From Octopus vulgaris (taxonomy: Eukaryota): a stretch of 64,000 nucleotides of DNA. Positions 1 through 13,694 of this stretch are shown here, one piece after another (position 1 is the stretch's first letter; each line of letters starts with the position of its first letter). The position numbers and the translations under genes are program-made. Location: positions 113,336,001-113,400,000 of the forward strand of contig OX597816.1 in NCBI GenBank assembly GCA_951406725.2. The letters are read 5' to 3'. The notes below the pieces were generated by a model. The model did no database searches, was not told the DNA's origin, and was given only the letters and a program-made list of their open reading frames with translations.

Positions 1-3000
1 AATTAACTATCTAAGTCTGTGCTAATTAAACCAAACCAAATGCATGTAAATTTTCATTTTTTTTTTTATCTACAAACTGTCAATTTCTTTAATCATACAC
101 AACAGACGCAAAAATACATAGATGTGACTCCTTCTCAATGAAAATCTTTTGATTATCCTATGAAAAAAAAATCATTTAAAATAAAAGCTGTTTTTAAGAT
201 ACTAGCTTTGCTCAGAGAAGAGATATTTGTTGACACCATATCCTTAAAGGCTAAATGAATGAATAATCTTAATTTTTGTTTTTAAATCTGCTCTCTTTGA
301 GAATATAATAGTAAGTTGTATAGTCATGCCAAATAAAGTATTTATTTTATTACATATATGCACCAAATTGACAACAGATTATTTTCTATTTCTAGCAAAG
401 AAAAATTTGTTCACATTTCATTTCCTTTGCTAAGTATGGAAAACTAATCTTTACATGGGGAAACTTTTGTCTTTAAAAAACTGCTAATCGAGATAAACAT
501 ATTTAAAAAATTGTAGATTTATGGTTTATATTAAATTTATATGCCTGAACATTTATTTATTTTTTGTTTATTTTGGTGGGGTGGGGTCTTGTGTATTATA
601 TATCAATTAGATATGATGCGAAAAACATCTTACAAACAAATCTCTACAAAATGTAGTAAAATTAATTTTGGTTTCATCTACAATAAAATATTTAGTTAGC
701 TGGAATTATATTACGTTAATGAAGTATGGCTTACGAGAGAGACAAGACTTAACTGATTCATTACTCGATGAAAATGATCTTGAAAGAGAAAACAAAATTT
801 CATTTCATTTTTTATTTTTACAATTACATTTAATATAGCTGTTATAAAAACAATATTTAGTCTTATTAACATTGGCAACAGAATAACAAGTCAATGATGC
901 TAAAAAGGGAATCAAATGAATCTATTTTTATACCATTTGTATTTGATATCCTACTCTTCTGCCATTTTATTATTTGTGACCAGCTTATTTTGTTGCCTGG
1001 TTAACACAACTCTAAAGCACATACACATGTTAATATATTCTTAAAAATGGGAAATATATGTAACTCCAATGAATGTAACCTGCAGCCTGATTGTATTACT
1101 TGTAACAAAATAGAGCAGATTTTTAAACGCTAACTAAGATCAATTTCCTTGTTTAAAACAATAAACAAAAAGGTAAATTTTGTGCTTAATTTTCGTGTAC
1201 TGATGGTCTTTTATAACAAAGACCATCAAATTACTGTCTTTCAGGAGAACTGGTCTGCCTAATATCTCTTATCTTCAACAAAGTGTAGGCTGTTGCGTGA
1301 TAAACTGGTTCACAGCAGATTAGAATATATTTTATTGTTCTGTACACTACACCAATTCTTCTAACTTGCTACCAGGTAATAATGGCTCAGTTTTCTCTTG
1401 TTACAATATTTGATGAAAACAAAAAGAAGCACTCTGTATAAACAAATCTTGAGACTTGTAAAAATCCCATTCATAGCTGATAAAATTGATGTTAATTCTC
1501 TGAGTGAATCTCCAGGGTCTCTATGATACATTTTCTTAAAAGCTTTATATAAGTAAACAAGCCCATTCCATTGGTCAGATCTCGATTATAATTGTACAGT
1601 TCACATTTTTACAAAAAATATTTCAATCCTTAAAGCTAATGATCTATACGTAAAATATATATAATTAATTTATAATTCTGAATCATTGAAACCATGTCAG
1701 TAATGTTAATTTTTCAATTAAAAATTAACAATACAAGATTCCTAATATTTAAATGAAAACAGCTTACAAAACTAGTTTTCTGAAGATGAACAGATTGATC
1801 TTAAGAAAATCAAATTACTCTTTTAAAAGCTGGAGTATTTCACACGCAGCTAAATTCTCTCATAAATGAGAAATTATCCTATTGAATTATAATATAATTA
1901 TGAAATTAATTAAAATATATACTTCCTATATCTGTACATTATTTATTTTTATCATTATGCTCATGACTGAGGTTAGACATCATTGGTTTTAGGGGCAAAT
2001 CTTTTATCTCATCGAATAAATTTGTTACAAATATGTAACAATGTCCAGCATGATAATATGAAGCCAGTTCATATGTGTTTAGTAGACGATGATATAAAAC
2101 ACTAAAGCTTTTGAATTTCGAGAAGATTATAAAATGTAGGGACCAAGCAAATAAGTTATATTACATACCTATGCTTGTTAATATCTTTCACATTTTATTT
2201 CCTTGCTTAACCAGCTTGCTCTTTGAATAGGTTGGTTAAGCAAGGCTGTCCATATAGGTTCAAAGACTTTCAAATTTTAAATGGGAAAGGTTGTTATAAG
2301 ATTTAACAAATTTTGACTGCTACATTGAAAAGCAGTTTGTGGTGCTCTGAACTTCACATATTAAACAAAATATTTGGTTAATTTGAGTCTTCTGGTTATG
2401 AAAGGATTTCAGTTTAGTTGCTTTTGCAAACTCAAGTAGTATGAGTCAAGCTGCATGTTATATAATTTTTCAAAAGTGTTATTTTCAAAACGATATACCC
2501 CACTCCCACTAAAAAATTATTTCAAACAAAGCTGCTCTATAGTTAGGACCCTGCTGTGTCATTATTATTCTGGTACCAAGTATTGTTTATTAAAGAGAAA
2601 AAAGATTTTGAAAAGTTATTTCTCTTTAGTTTTTCTCCCAGACTACCAAGTGTTTGGGTAAGTGATTGTATCCAGGCTGCTGTATACCTGTTGTTTGTTG
2701 TCATTTCCTGTTATGATGGTTGTAAACATTGTTGAAGCTGAGAATAATCATGTCAACTTAAAGCTGTGCAGGTTTGTTCGCTAGTGCCTTCCTAGAAGTC
2801 TTGCTCGGATCTATACCTGGAACCAAATCAACGTCCTTCCTTTCATTTCTGTTTGGTCACTTGGACCATAACAGTAAGCCATTAAATCAGGCTGCAGACA
2901 TGTTTACTGTTGAAACTTGTAGTCAGTGCTTGTAAATACACTTGTTTGACCCTTGATTTTTTTGTCTGTTATTTTTTATTTATTTTCTTCAATCTCATTT

Positions 3001-4001
3001 GACAATATTTTCTAGGTAACTTACATTGCATTCTGTTGTCATTCAATGACCAATTATTATAACTGTTTGCTAAGTGAATTTGTGTTGTTGTTTTTTTTTA
3101 AATATACAAATTGCTCTAATATTTTTTGGTACAAATATTTTTATTATCTTAGAATCAGATTAAAAAAAAATATTTAGTATATTAACAGCAAATGGATTGG
3201 TTCCGCTCATCCCCTTGAAAAGCAATATTAGCTTTTGAATGTGCAATATTTGAGCTGAAATGTTATATCGGTTGTGACTCAAAACAGCTTTCTTAAGTAT
3301 TGCTTTTATCCTTTGCTAATTCACATTAGTCAATAGTAAATATAATGCAATGCTATTAATTTTTAATATCATTATTAATTTCCAGCTCTTTATGTTCAAT
3401 TCCTACTGAGGTTAACTTTATTTTATCAACCCTGGAGGGATGAAAAGGCAAAGTACCAGTCAAGTACTGGAGTTGATAGAATTGACTCCTCAAAACTGCT
3501 GGCCTTATGCCATAATTCGAAACGATTATTATTATTTTAAATAATCCTGGTGATGTATAAATAAGGAAGAAAAATTTATCTTTTTAACTCATTTGTTGTC
3601 TTGGAAATTCTGATTTATTACTATCTATTTATTACTAATAAATAGAATTTTTCTTCTTTCCATTTAGATTAATAATTAACAGTGCAAGAAATTATTTCAA
3701 ACTGATAAAGATCAGAAGTTTAAAAGTTCATTTAACTAACACATTCATTATATTTTCATGTCAAATCTAATCCAAGAAATTTGTAGTTTAATTTTAAAAT
3801 GTTTCCTCATAGATTTCTCTTTAGAAAAAAAAAAAGTTCATTCAAAGCTGAAAATTAATTTACCATTATCATTGTTCTCCAGCATTTATTGATACTCTAC
3901 TTTTACAAAGAACCACAAAGGTTTATATGCCAACTAAACCATTTTCTTCAAACCTACACAAAGAAAATTAATCTAACGGGCAACTTAAAGCAAGGGAGGT
4001 A

Positions 4002-4045
<44 letters not shown>

Positions 4046-4799
4046 ACAGAATTATTCAGGGAAGTACTCCCAAATTATTATTTATAAAAATGTATTTGTT
4101 TGCACAAATTTTAAATTGTTTTCAACACAGTGAGAAATTCACATTAAATATATTATACTGTATTTATGTTATTGTGATAACCTCACAATAGCAGATAATT
4201 ATAGCTCAGGTCTGTCAACATATCCAAAATATAGTTTAATCCTTGCTTTTACAACCTCACAGTCCCTAAATATTCAATTGTCTTATAAGTAAATAAAAGA
4301 AAACTTTCTTAAGCCAAGTAATACTAAGCTTACATGAAGATTTAATATCTCCTCTTATTTTAGAACAGATTTGATGAGAGAAGAAAAAATGGAATTTTAA
4401 TAATCAAGAACAAGTCTAATAATAATAATATGAACACTTATTGAAAAACAATTAGTTTTATTGTAATATATACACTACTCTCATCTGAAAATAGAAAATA
4501 AATGTAGTTAATAATTTTAGAAAATATTTAATATTTTTTCATAACAAATAGTTAAAGATATTAAATACCAAGATTTTTACAATAAGAACAACAAAAATCT
4601 CATTTATTTTGTTGTTTGTCAATGCAATATTTTCTTTTTATATAGTCACAAAAAGATCTAACAGAATGATTTGCCTAATCCAGGCCCGTGTATTGCAAGT
4701 TACAGACAAACTGTACTTAAGTCATAGATCCAGCAAAACCCATTTTAATAATGGGATTGAACCATCAATCCTTCAACCAATAGTAGACTAAAATTTTAT

Positions 4800-5520
4800 C
4801 AATCCAGCCAGTCACAGCTCCATTATCAATCATTTACTACGTTAATTGCTGAAGTGTTGAGTCAGTTTAAAAATGTTAAAATTTGGCTCCTTTAATAACT
4901 GTTTTTCTCAAAGAGTTCATTAGGTATTAATTGGAATCTCTTTCATCAAGATTTTTCGACTCTTGTTTTAGCAAACTTAAATTATTTATTCCTTAAACTG
5001 CAAATTCAATAAATAGATAAAACTTATTTCATTCATCTATCAATTTAGCAGGTTTTCTGTCATTAATGATTCTGATTCATTGTCATGCACCCAGTGGCTT
5101 CTGCACCATACAAGACTAAGTTTCCATCATTCAGAAAATAGGTTCTATACTTTCTAGTTAACATTGCTTGTCATGCCATTGTGCTTCTGCAGTCACTTTT
5201 TGTATTAGCTATTCTTTAAGCATGATATATTGCTTGGTAATGCTGAACCTTTCATAAACCTTAGGGTTTTTTTATTCCAATGATATGCAACACTAGTTTC
5301 GGTTGTTGTACTAAGAAAAAAAATTCTTGGTTAGGACATTCATTTATAGTGTGTAACTTTACCAAAACATTCTGGCATTTCCCATAATCTGATAAATTAA
5401 GGCACATGATAGATAAATTGCCCTGTGCAAAGATACAACAAAATGTCTGTAGTTGGACATCTACTTCAGTCAATATTTCATTAATTTATCCAGTTAGTCA
5501 TTTCAATTGAATATTACTAG
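4800..5520 (-). mobile_element. Highly degenerate LINE (RTE-like) reverse transcriptase fragment
   Basis: Patchy RT-like translation (QGNLS, LYGAE-like) broken by stops and frameshifts. Boundaries approximate. Confidence 0.35.
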
Positions 5521-5583
5521 TTAGATTAAAGAAATAAAATAGATTTTGTCTATTTCAAATAACAAATCTAAAAGAACTCTTAC

Positions 5584-5691
5584 CTAAAGTCGTCTCTGTT
5601 TACGAGGTCGCTCATTGCAATAGGTGATAGGTGTTGTATCAGTCAAAGATACAATATTTAAACCAGCTAACTGTAAACCCTTTATTGCAGG
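5584..5691 (-). CDS. MRPS11: MRPS11 coding exon 7 (C-terminus and stop)
   Basis: 108 nt, PAIKGLQLAGLNIVSLTDTTPITYCNERPRKQRRL*, a typical uS11 C-terminus (DxTP...RPxKxRR). Acceptor tattttttAG. Confidence 0.95.
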   Translation of the reverse strand, partial: PAIKGLQLAGLNIVSLTDTTPITYCNERPRKQRRL

Positions 5692-6891
5692 CTAAAAATA
5701 AAAATATTTTTGATATTAATTATTAAATGGAAAAAAGAAGAAATGTAAATGCTATACATGATGTCTGTCCATATAATTTAGAAATGTACCTACAGATGTT
5801 CAAATTCAAGATTAGCTTTCTAATTTATTTCTTGCCAAGTGGTTTATAGCTGAAGTTACTAAAGCAAGTTGAGATGCAATAAATTCTATTTCACACACAC
5901 AGACATGGTTTCTTGTGAGAAACCATAGTTTCCATAAACTGAAAAATGAAATAAAGAAGCACTTTTGTTTAACATCAGGTCAACCATCATTGAACAAATG
6001 ACACTACCATTTTTTTTTTTTTCAGGTATCTTGTATGTAATATTACACTACCTAATGTAGTTTTAGTTACTATTTTTTAAGAAGTTAAGATGTGATTCAA
6101 AAGGAAATTTAGCTGCTGACTCTAACAGGTCAAACAGTCATCTAGTGGCTTCCATGTTGGCTTAAGATTCTACGTACCTGTTTACCCTGCTAACTGCAGC
6201 AGCTAAATCCTCTCAACAAACTTCCTAATTAATAAAGATGGGGACAGCCACACCTAAAACGTATCTTGCAATATGATAGCCACACCTGGAATTTTAGCTC
6301 ATGCAATGAAAGTTGACCTAAATTGACAAATAAACATTTCAAATTTGCAGAGCAGGACAAGCAGGTTATTAGATATCCAATCACTTCCATTCATATTTAA
6401 TTTAAAATTAGGAGTTACTGATTTTGATTTTAAATAAATCAGTGGGTTTTTTTTAGACAATGTATACACACAACTTAAACATACCAACACAATGTGTACA
6501 TGTACATAAATCTTCATCGTGTATAAGTAAAATTTAAATTGATTCTTTAACCACAGGTTAATTGCCTATCTTCACATTGAGTTACACAAAAACATACAGG
6601 TATCTTGTGTAAATGTTACAATTTTAAATGTGTAAATGTGTGTGAACCATGACAACTATTACAGTATATTTCTTAGTGAACAGAGTTCAAAACACCATTT
6701 AGATTTGGAACCACTTCACCAAAACTACACCTGCAATCTTGCACAGTTTTTTTATAAAGACATTTTATGCGAATGTATCAAATACTCATTTAGTACAAAA
6801 ACAATAAGCAATTCTCTATCAACAAATTTTTGAAGATAATTACATTAAATTACTTCAATTACATATAATAAAACAATAAAAGTATAATTAC

Positions 6892-6957
6892 AAAGCGTCC
6901 TGGACCAATGCCTTGTACAGCTACTCGTACATTCTTTATACCTTCAGTGATGGCTTT
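6892..6957 (-). CDS. MRPS11: MRPS11 coding exon 6
   Basis: 66 nt, KAITEGIKNVRVAVQGIGPGRF (uS11 VxVxGxGxGR motif), ttcttccacAG acceptor and GTAATT donor. Confidence 0.95.
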
Positions 6958-8339
6958 CTGTGGAAGAAAAGTAAATTAGTATCTACATTACAAATCCATG
7001 ATTAGCTCTCCATAAGAAAATTAACTATTTTTCTTTCTATTGAATTTCAGTTTATGTAATTACATAGACGTGATTGAAATAGTTGGACCATGAGAACATG
7101 GTGGAAGAGTATTAGAAGCAAGACTGATTAGATGTCAGTGTAGAAGTTACTTAAGACATATTCATAAACAAGCATAAAATCACTACACAGTGACCTCTAT
7201 CACTACCTGTTTACTCCCATCTAACACTCTTAGGAAAGCATTTACTTTTTCATTCCCTCCCATGACCCACTGTCATTATTCTTACTTATGCTCTTCTTTT
7301 TGTTCTTTGAGAGTTTGCTCTAGTACCCTATTACTACCTACCTTCTATCTTTTTCTGCTCTGTATCTCCTCTATAGGAAGACACCTGTGCTTGTCCCTCT
7401 ATCATATTTTAAACCTTTCAACACCTGGCATAAAGCTGCCCAACATCACCTTCACCTCCCAAATACTTCCTCTTAGTATTAGGTTTTTTTTCCTTTCGTT
7501 TTCCTTTGTTCTTTTCTGTCCTGCAAATTACATGGCAACCTCCCTAGAGCTGGTAGCATGAAAAAAGAACACAGTACACTCTGTAAAGTAATTGCTATTA
7601 GGAAGGACATCTAACCATAGAAACCAAGCCAAAGATGACATTGGATCTCCATACAGATAAGTAGCTTACTGGTTCCCTGTCAAACCATCCAACCCATGCC
7701 AGCATGGAAAGAAGACTTTAAAAGATGGTGATTATAAGAATTAATTTGAACCAGAAAAGGACAACTGCCCAATTAATGAGGAATTTAAAGTACATTTCCC
7801 TGGTAGGGCAACAGTGGGAGACAGTATGACTAATTATACTACAAAGTGCCTGCCATTTTTTCTCTCTCAAATTAAATCTATTTTTTCAGTGCCAACTGAT
7901 CAGTTACTTAGCATAGCAAGATAGGTTATAACAACATATTCAAATATGATATATACTTATATCCAACGTAATGTACTCCAACTTAAAGAATTAACTGCTA
8001 ATTTTTTTAAAATCTTAAATGTAAAATTACTGTATCAAAAATTAGGTTAAAAAAATATGGGAGTTTCTTATACATGGATAGTATTATTAGCCCTTACAAA
8101 ACATTTTTTCCAAATTTTAAACCCCAAAAATTAAGGGAATCCTTATATACACGTTAAAATATGGTATATTAGACATTATGAGCACTAATTTGAGAAAGGA
8201 AAGAGCAACAGGCCCACTGGAAAAACTTCAACAATGTACCCATTGCTTGTCATTAGCAATTCTTTATAATAAAAATAAATACTGAAAATTAACCCAAAAT
8301 TATGTCATTAAGCTATTTGTATATGAGAGGGATACAAGC

Positions 8340-8578
8340 ATGAATGGTGCTTATTGCGTGCCACCAGCACGGGAGCCAGTCAAGCGGCACTGGATTCAGC
8401 CACAACTACAATTTCCATTTGAATGTGATTTGATTTGATTTGATTTGGTTTTACTTGACTCACTAGTTCTCCTCAAGTACAGCATGTCGCCCGACGATTC
8501 AAAGGTACTTTTTAAATGGGCTGGTTATGCGACACTGGTGTAGGCTACGGCTGTGATTTCACTTTTCTTGCCAGGTCA
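8340..8578 (-). mobile_element. RTE-like LINE 3' UTR fragment
   Basis: Reverse-complement similarity to 35430-35590, which follows the RTE RT C-terminus. Confidence 0.55.
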
Positions 8579-8743
8579 GGAAAATGTATTATCCAGTTAC
8601 AAAACATTTGTCATAGCTATTCATAAAACTGTCCAAATATTATATTTCCCTTTGTTCTTTTTACTTAGTTTTGTCTGGGATATTTTCAAAAAACATACAA
8701 ATATATTTTAAATATACCAAATGATAAAACAAAAACCACAAAC

Positions 8744-8818
8744 CTCTCCAGCTGCCACTCCTGTTGCTTGTCCAGCAATATTTGTACCTTTTCTAGCATT
8801 TTGAAATCCTTCCGTTCC
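8744..8818 (-). CDS. MRPS11: MRPS11 coding exon 5
   Basis: 75 nt, GTEGFQNARKGTNIAGQATGVAAGE (uS11 GFxxxRKxT motif), AG/GT bounded. Confidence 0.95.
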
Positions 8819-8876
8819 CTTTAAAAACAAAAAAAAAAACATAAATTATCAAGAATCATCAACAAAATTGTACACA

Positions 8877-9265
8877 AGGTGCAGGAGTGGCTGTGTGGTA
8901 AGAAGCTTGCTTCCCAACCACATGGTTTCAGGCTCAGTCCCATAACAAGGCATTTTGGACAAATGTCTTCTACTACAGCCTCAGGCCAACCAAAGTCTGC
9001 TGAGTCGATTTGGTAGATGGAAAATGAAAGAAGCTCATCGTATATATGTGTGTGTGTGTCTTCATGTCTCTGCCCCCCACCACCACCGCTTGACAACAGA
9101 TCAAGTGTGTTTACATCCACATTACTTGGCAGTTTGGCAAAAGAAACCAATATAGTAAGAGCCAGGCTTAAAAAAAAAACAAAATAAGTATTGGGGCTGA
9201 TTCATTCAACTAAAATTCCTCAAGGTGGTGCCCCAGAATGGCCACAGCCTAATGGCTGAAACAAA
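8877..9265 (+). mobile_element. tRNA-derived SINE (Octopus-type), full length
   Basis: Head gcaggagtggctgtgtggtaagaagcttgcttcccaaccacatgg, internal (TG)n, tail ggccacagcctaatggctgaaac. Further copies at about 16770-17125(-), 30520-30810(+), 33490-33880(-), 45800-46190(-), 48200-48420(-), 54613-55550(+) and 59370-59540(+). Confidence 0.85.
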
Positions 9266-9980
9266 AAAATAAAAAGAAATAAAATTGTTGAGATGAGATT
9301 ATAGTTGTTTAAATACCCAAAAGATTCCAAGGTCAATGTTTCTTTAAGCATGTTGTCCCTCATTGTGTGCTATAGCTGAATCTTACTTAGCTGTTACCTT
9401 CAACTTCAGACAAATGCAATGCATTGAGTGTCTCAGACTATTTCCTATTTGTGTTACTATCCACACAATGTTTCCTTTGCATTCTATTTGTACTAATTTC
9501 TAACAGATTTCTTGCCTAGTTTTCTTTAGTTGTTCAATCTTAGTTAAATGAATAGATATATTCTTTTTCTGGTTTTAGTCATTGAACTGCAGCCATAGGA
9601 GGGAACCACCTCCAGCAATTTAGTCAGTCATATCAATCACTGTACTTATTTCAGTCTGGTACTATTTTGTCGAGTGTTATTTGTTGAACTGATAAGTTAT
9701 GTGACATAATGGGGCACACCATAAACTACAACAGTTTTTAGAGAAATAAAACACAGGACACACACAGACATACCAAATTATATACATGCATGTATGTTTT
9801 GTAAATTACACTTACAGGATATTGGACAACTCAAAGACTATAGTAGAAGACACCTGCCCAAAGGGCCAAGCAGAATCATATGGCTGAGACTAAATGTCTT
9901 AATTACACAACCATGATGATGATGATGATGATGCCTATATGTATGTGTGTGTATGTGAGTGTAGCAATATAAAAGCTTAA

Positions 9981-10200
9981 CCCTTTTGTTACCAACCCGG
10001 CTGAAACTGGCTCTGGCTCTGAGTACAAATGTCTTGTTTTCATAAGTTTTGAATTAAAATCTTCCACCAAGCCTTAGTCACAATTTATGTTCCTAACACT
10101 AGCTGAATGATAACTAAGTTGTTTTACTAAATTCTTTGTTATATTTAAAGTAATTGAAAGAAACATAGAGCATCTCAAAATAAATACAGTAATGAAAGGG
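9981..10200. mobile_element. piggyBac-type MITE family A
   Basis: TTAA|CCCTTT...AAAGGG|TTAA termini, 220 bp. A close copy lies in the opposite orientation at 23817-24036. Confidence 0.85.
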
Positions 10201-11160
10201 TTAAGAGGAAGCAAAAAATATACTGATATAAATGAAATAGATCGGAAACATATGATTAGTCAAGCAAAAAATAAACTGCAATAGTTGTAAATCATCTAAA
10301 AACAGAGATAAATAGATTTAATAACTATCTGAAGAACAAATAGCAACACGTGAATCAGATATCTATTAACTATTAAACATATGACACTTAACATTGTTTC
10401 TCCACCTCATATACTTTGTATATGTTTGTATACTTTTTAAATTTCCTTTTCACTTCATTTTCGTAATATTATAAAAGACAGAATTAATGAAGTAATTAAT
10501 TAAATAAAGAGAATAAAATCTCAGATGTACATTAGTGATGTAACTGACTATGATAAATCCAATAAATTTTATGAGTTGCTATAAAGATAGTCTCTTGCTC
10601 AATATGTTTAACCCTTTAGCATTCAGATTTCTCTGTCAAATTTAATAATTAATTCATTAATCAGTCATTACTGTCTTGCTTTGAGATTTTGATGATGTGA
10701 TTGCCTATTTTCAGAATAACATTGTAGTGTAGTGATTTGAACTTAAAACAGGTAGAATATTTTGGTTGGATATGGTTAGTTTAAATGCTAAAGGGCTAGG
10801 AATAGCAACAAAACATATACTGATAGAGTGACTAATATTGAGGGTTGAGTGAAATTTATTGTAAAGTTCATATTAACTGAGAATCAAATGCTGGTTAAAT
10901 ATTAGGCAAAACTTGAATACCATGTCAATATGAACATTACAGTTAGCAGCTAAAACCCTAAAGGGATGTCAATTATGAAAGGATTACTTTATCAAAAAGC
11001 TTATACCGGCTTCTTTTTTGTTATATGAAATCTAAACAGTTTAAAAAACATAACTTTAAAATTGTTAATAAATTTAGTTTACCTAACAGAAAAACATATT
11101 TCAGAAATAAGCTGTAATTATAAGAATAAAATAAAATTTAACAAAATACTTAATACTTAC

Positions 11161-11186
11161 ACAAGACTTTAATATGAGGACATCTC
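11161..11186 (-). CDS. MRPS11: MRPS11 coding exon 4 (26-nt micro-exon)
   Basis: ttgttttcacAG and GTAAGT boundaries. Encodes (G)DVLILKSC, phase 1 in and phase 0 out, exactly bridging exons 3 and 5. Confidence 0.9.
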
Positions 11187-13694
11187 CTGTGAAAACAAAT
11201 AAACCCAGTTTTAATATATATATATATATGGATAGAGTGATAAACAGATAGACAGACAGACAGATTCATCAACATCATCATTTAATGCCCATGTTCCATG
11301 CTGGTATAGGTTGGATGGACTAACAGGATCCAGTGGGTCCTAATTCAGTATCTGCATTGGCATGGTTTCTATCAAAAGATACCCTTCCTAAAACCAACCA
11401 CTATGCAAGGCTACAAAATAATGAAAGGGTGGCTTTACATGAGAAGATGAATAATTAAAGTGGTAGAAAAGGGGGTAGAACAGAACAGATTTCCTGCTGT
11501 AAAGGAGCTACAAAACTACTCACATTTTAGACAAGGAGCAGCTGGAGCTGGAAAGTGATAATAGTGGTGATGGGGTTCTAAGTGAATGGGGACTGAGGAA
11601 CCAGGAGTATGGGTGTATGGAGGTTGCACACATGTGCACACATACACACACACACACACATATAATTTGTTGAAAATAATCAACGTGTTCTCAAAAGAAT
11701 AGAGAAATAAATGAAGAGCACTAAGTCTATTATATTTTCAGAAGCTCACTAAATGTTTAATTTTGAAAATTGATTATTAAATTCATGATATTTACCAACT
11801 ATTAGTGAAGGTGTGTGTCCTTGAGTGAATGTATGTATTCTAGTGTTCAGGGTGTTGGGTCCACAGTAATAAAGTCAGGAGCTCAATTCCTAAACTGGGT
11901 AGGATGTTGTGTCCTTAAGCAGGGCACTTCATTGCACATTCATTCCAGTCTACTAAACTGAAATTAGTACCACATGACTGTTGGTGCAGCCCTGTCTCCC
12001 TCCCTCCAGCTGTTACATCTTTGTGTTGTGTATTCAAGGATGGGAGGGTTGAGAAGGTGTTTACTTGTGACTACACAGATATGTCAAAATAGTGAAAGCT
12101 CGGTACCAAATCATACTTGCATGTGATAGTTGTAGTTTAGTTTTAGAACCAATTATGGCTATCAATAAAAAGTAGTAAATCAATCAAGGCATTCTTAACG
12201 AAGCACAAAATGAAACAATTAAATACAATTCCTTTCACATAATCACTATGCAGAATCATTAATTAATACAACTGTAATTCAAAGGCTTGTTTCTAAATAG
12301 TTTCCTCATGTTAGTCAACTATTAATAATAACTGGATAAACTTTAATCCCATAAAGAGAATCAACTCTCCTCAGATGTACATTAGTGATGTCGCTGACTT
12401 TGATAAATCCAGTAGTTTTATGAGTTGCAATAAAGATAATCTCTTGCTCAATATACACCTGTTAAGACTCCATCTACTGCAATCCTCATTCTTCATTACT
12501 CTCCTTTCTAATGCTTTATCCTCTCCCTTGCCCACTGTACTATACATCTGCTGTATCTTTCATTACATCACCTGTGTACCAAGAGATGGTGCTGGAGCTA
12601 AATATGACTGCTGGGCATCACTCTCTATCCTCAATGTCAATCTTTATTGACATCTGTCACTCTCTCTTAGCACTGTCCAGCTCTATTGCTACTCATCATT
12701 CTCTCTCCCTCTCTCTCACTATCATCTATCTTTGTTATCTTTCAATCTTCCTCTCTTCTCCCTCTCCCTCTCTCACACATAAATAACTCAACTTTTGTTG
12801 ACATATTTCACCCCCCTTCTATTATTCTTCCTACCCTCACTTCCTTAATGCTCTCTATTATCCTGTCTCCTCTTCACTCCTTCTTCCTCCACCATACTGT
12901 TGTTTTTCTATTCAGTCTACTTACCAAGCACCAATATGTTGTAGCTCTTCCTTCTCCCATCACACTATTTTTCTAATTATACCTGACCTCTCTCTAATCC
13001 CAGTGCTCTCTTATTTTCTCTTCTACTCACCCCTTTTAGTCACATTTGACTAGAGCAAACAATGTAGAATAGAAGGTAAATAAAACAGATTAGTAAGGAT
13101 GCTTTAGTCTTACAGGGGATGAAACAGTTCTACTTATTCTGATACCATATATGCCTCCCAGTACACCCTGTAAAAAAGGTTGGCATTAGGAAAGGCATCT
13201 GGTCATAGAAAATAATACCAAATAATAGAATATGCAAGTGAACCATGGTCCTCTGACCCATATAGGTAGGGAGTAACTCCAAATAAGTACTAGCTTGCAC
13301 CATAATTACTCATCCAACTCATGCTAGATGAATGACAATGATGATCTTAAAATGTATGAGTAAGAAATTGGAAGTGAAGGCTGCTTGTAAGAGAGAGAAA
13401 TTAATGCAAAATTTTTCTTTCTTATTCATTTCTTTGAGATAAGTAAAATTTGTGCCATAATTATTAACTCTTGATAGGTTTGCATAAGAAGAATAAATCT
13501 GAGTTAAGGGAGAATGTAAATATTAAATGGAAGTTATTATTCAGATTACTAGATGTCATTAGTATAAGAATTGATAGATAAAAAGAAATAAAGGCCCTTA
13601 GGTATTCAGTGGCGACTAAATAAACACAATCATGAGCCCTGAGAACTTGATTTAATCTGATCAGATTAAATCATAAGTTCACAAATAGGACTAT

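Noticed and set aside
2300-2960. Possible Penelope or LTR remnant
   Set aside because: The composition differs from the flanks, but I could not recover convincing protein motifs or termini.
12375-12976. Overlapping Leu/Ser-rich ORFs (also 7190-7561)
   Set aside because: Pyrimidine-rich low-complexity intron sequence antisense to MRPS11, with no domain signal.
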